From: an uncultured bacterium
GTDB taxonomy: Bacteria > Auribacterota > JACPWU01
NCBI GenBank assembly: GCA_964640155.1
Contig: CAZXEQ010000013.1
Coordinates: 1-5,288, forward strand
DNA length: 5,288 nucleotides
Reading direction: 5' to 3'
Part shown: positions 4,420 through 5,288 of the stretch, piece by piece
Numbering within the stretch: the stretch's first letter is position 1
Layout of the letters: every line of letters begins with the position of its first letter
Notes under the pieces: generated by a model
Databases searched by the model: none
Seen by the model: only the letters and a program-made list of their open reading frames with translations
What the model was told of the DNA's origin: nothing
Made by a program: the position numbers and the translations under genes

Positions 4420-4971
4420 TTATTGAGCAGAAACCAAGAAATGAGCTCTTCTGTTTTTGCTCCAAGCATCTTCGTTATGAGAAGGATCTAAGGGTTTTTC
4501 TTCTCCATAACTGACAGTGTGAAGACGGTCTGTGCTGATCCCTAATCCTGTCAAATATCGACGAACGGAAAGGGCTCTTTGTTCACCCAAAGCAAGATTA
4601 TATTCATTAGAACCTCGTTCATCGCAATGCCCTTCAATCATCAATTGAACATGGTCATGGCCGTTTAACCAGTTTGCGATTTTTTCCAGAGTAGAACGTC
4701 CTTCAGACCCGATGTCGGACTTGTCATAATCAAAGAGAACATCTGCGAAAACAAGTGGATCATTAGGCTCTATGAAATTTCCCATATCAGGTTGTTCGCC
4801 TAGAGGGATGTCTTCGCCTCTTAAAGCAGAAGCTTGTAAATCGTCCCCAGCAATACCTGTTCCCATGCCTTCAGAAACAATACCTTTTTTCTTCTTGGCG
4901 CATCCCTGGAAGCTTACTGATAAATAGCAAATACTGGTTAAAACCAAAAGACTCAAAATCAATTTACGCAT
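4420..4971 (-). CDS. pal: Peptidoglycan-associated lipoprotein Pal (OmpA-like C-terminal domain)
   Basis: Signal sequence plus a probable lipidation site (SFQGC, Cys24). Canonical Pal/OmpA block: FDYDKSDI...MIEGHCDERGSNEYNLALGEQRALSVRRYL...SYGEEKP...AWSKNRRAHF. Strong SD AAGGGGGA lies 5 nt upstream. It starts 13 nt after the tolB stop. Confidence 0.95.
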   Translation of the reverse strand: MRKLILSLLVLTSICYLSVSFQGCAKKKKGIVSEGMGTGIAGDDLQASALRGEDIPLGEQPDMGNFIEPNDPLVFADVLFDYDKSDIGSEGRSTLEKIANWLNGHDHVQLMIEGHCDERGSNEYNLALGEQRALSVRRYLTGLGISTDRLHTVSYGEEKPLDPSHNEDAWSKNRRAHFLVSAQ

Positions 4972-4984
4972 TCAATTCCCCCTT

Positions 4985-5288
4985 TCAAAAGGACCATGCT
5001 GGTGTTAAGTGATGTGTTCTGTCCTGCGTCAAACGAATCGTCTGACCATCTACAATATTTGTCATGAAAAGTTGGTGAACGCCACCTACTCTAGAACTGT
5101 AAATGATGTGCCGTCCATCAGGCGCCCATTCCGGTTCTTCAGCTTCACCACCTTCTTGGCTGACTATAGTAATGCTTTCGTCATTTAAATCCAAGACACA
5201 AATTTTAAATCCACCATACATATCAGAACTAAAAACAATTTTATCGCCTTTCGGTGACCAGGAAGGAGAAGCATTGTAACTTCCTTGA
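4985..5288 (-). CDS. tolB: Tol-Pal system beta-propeller protein TolB, C-terminal part (5' end lies outside the window)
   Basis: The frame stays open upstream of the ORF-track Met at 5221, right to the window edge: ...QGSYNASPSWSPKGDKIVFSSDMYGGFKI.... It shows TolB-type propeller repeats (SPSWSPKGDKIVF, EPEWAPDGRHIIYSS) and sits immediately upstream of pal. Confidence 0.9.
   Translation of the reverse strand, partial: QGSYNASPSWSPKGDKIVFSSDMYGGFKICVLDLNDESITIVSQEGGEAEEPEWAPDGRHIIYSSRVGGVHQLFMTNIVDGQTIRLTQDRTHHLTPAWSF

Noticed and set aside
4985-5221. 78-aa ORF starting at Met 5221, read as a complete small gene
   Set aside because: The reading frame remains open upstream to the window edge and continues with TolB propeller-repeat sequence. 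It is the truncated C-terminus of tolB, not a separate gene.

Overview
AT-rich window from a diderm (Gram-negative-type) bacterium. Plus strand: a possible 3' end of an unidentified CDS (1-111), then a roughly 290-bp non-coding region (111-399), then a tightly linked lemA / DUF2207 membrane-protein pair (436-990 and 1003-2715). Minus strand, converging on that pair: the 3' end of tolB (4985->5288, cut by the window edge), pal (4420-4971), a coiled-coil LysM lipoprotein in the slot where cpoB/ybgF usually sits (3648-4301), and a CcdA/DsbD-type thiol-disulfide transporter (2860-3567). The protein-coding content is ordinary envelope housekeeping. The signal that the ORFs do not explain is the region upstream of lemA. 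It is a 259-bp ORF-free segment bounded by a perfect 15-bp direct repeat (111-125 and 385-399) and by imperfect terminal inverted repeats of about 24 bp. Internally it folds into a fully nested set of seven near-perfect helices, including a 17-bp long-range helix that encloses two hairpins. It looks like a miniature mobile element and/or an unclassified structured RNA inserted exactly between a stop codon and lemA. I could not match it to any RNA family I know. A second structured element is a hairpin of about 73 nt and about 29 bp, with internal repeats, between pal and the LysM gene. No CRISPR array, tRNA, rRNA, transposase or recognisable defence gene is visible. The tolB-pal-ccdA neighbourhood and the low GC are compatible with a Chlamydiae-like or similar lineage, but that is only an inference.
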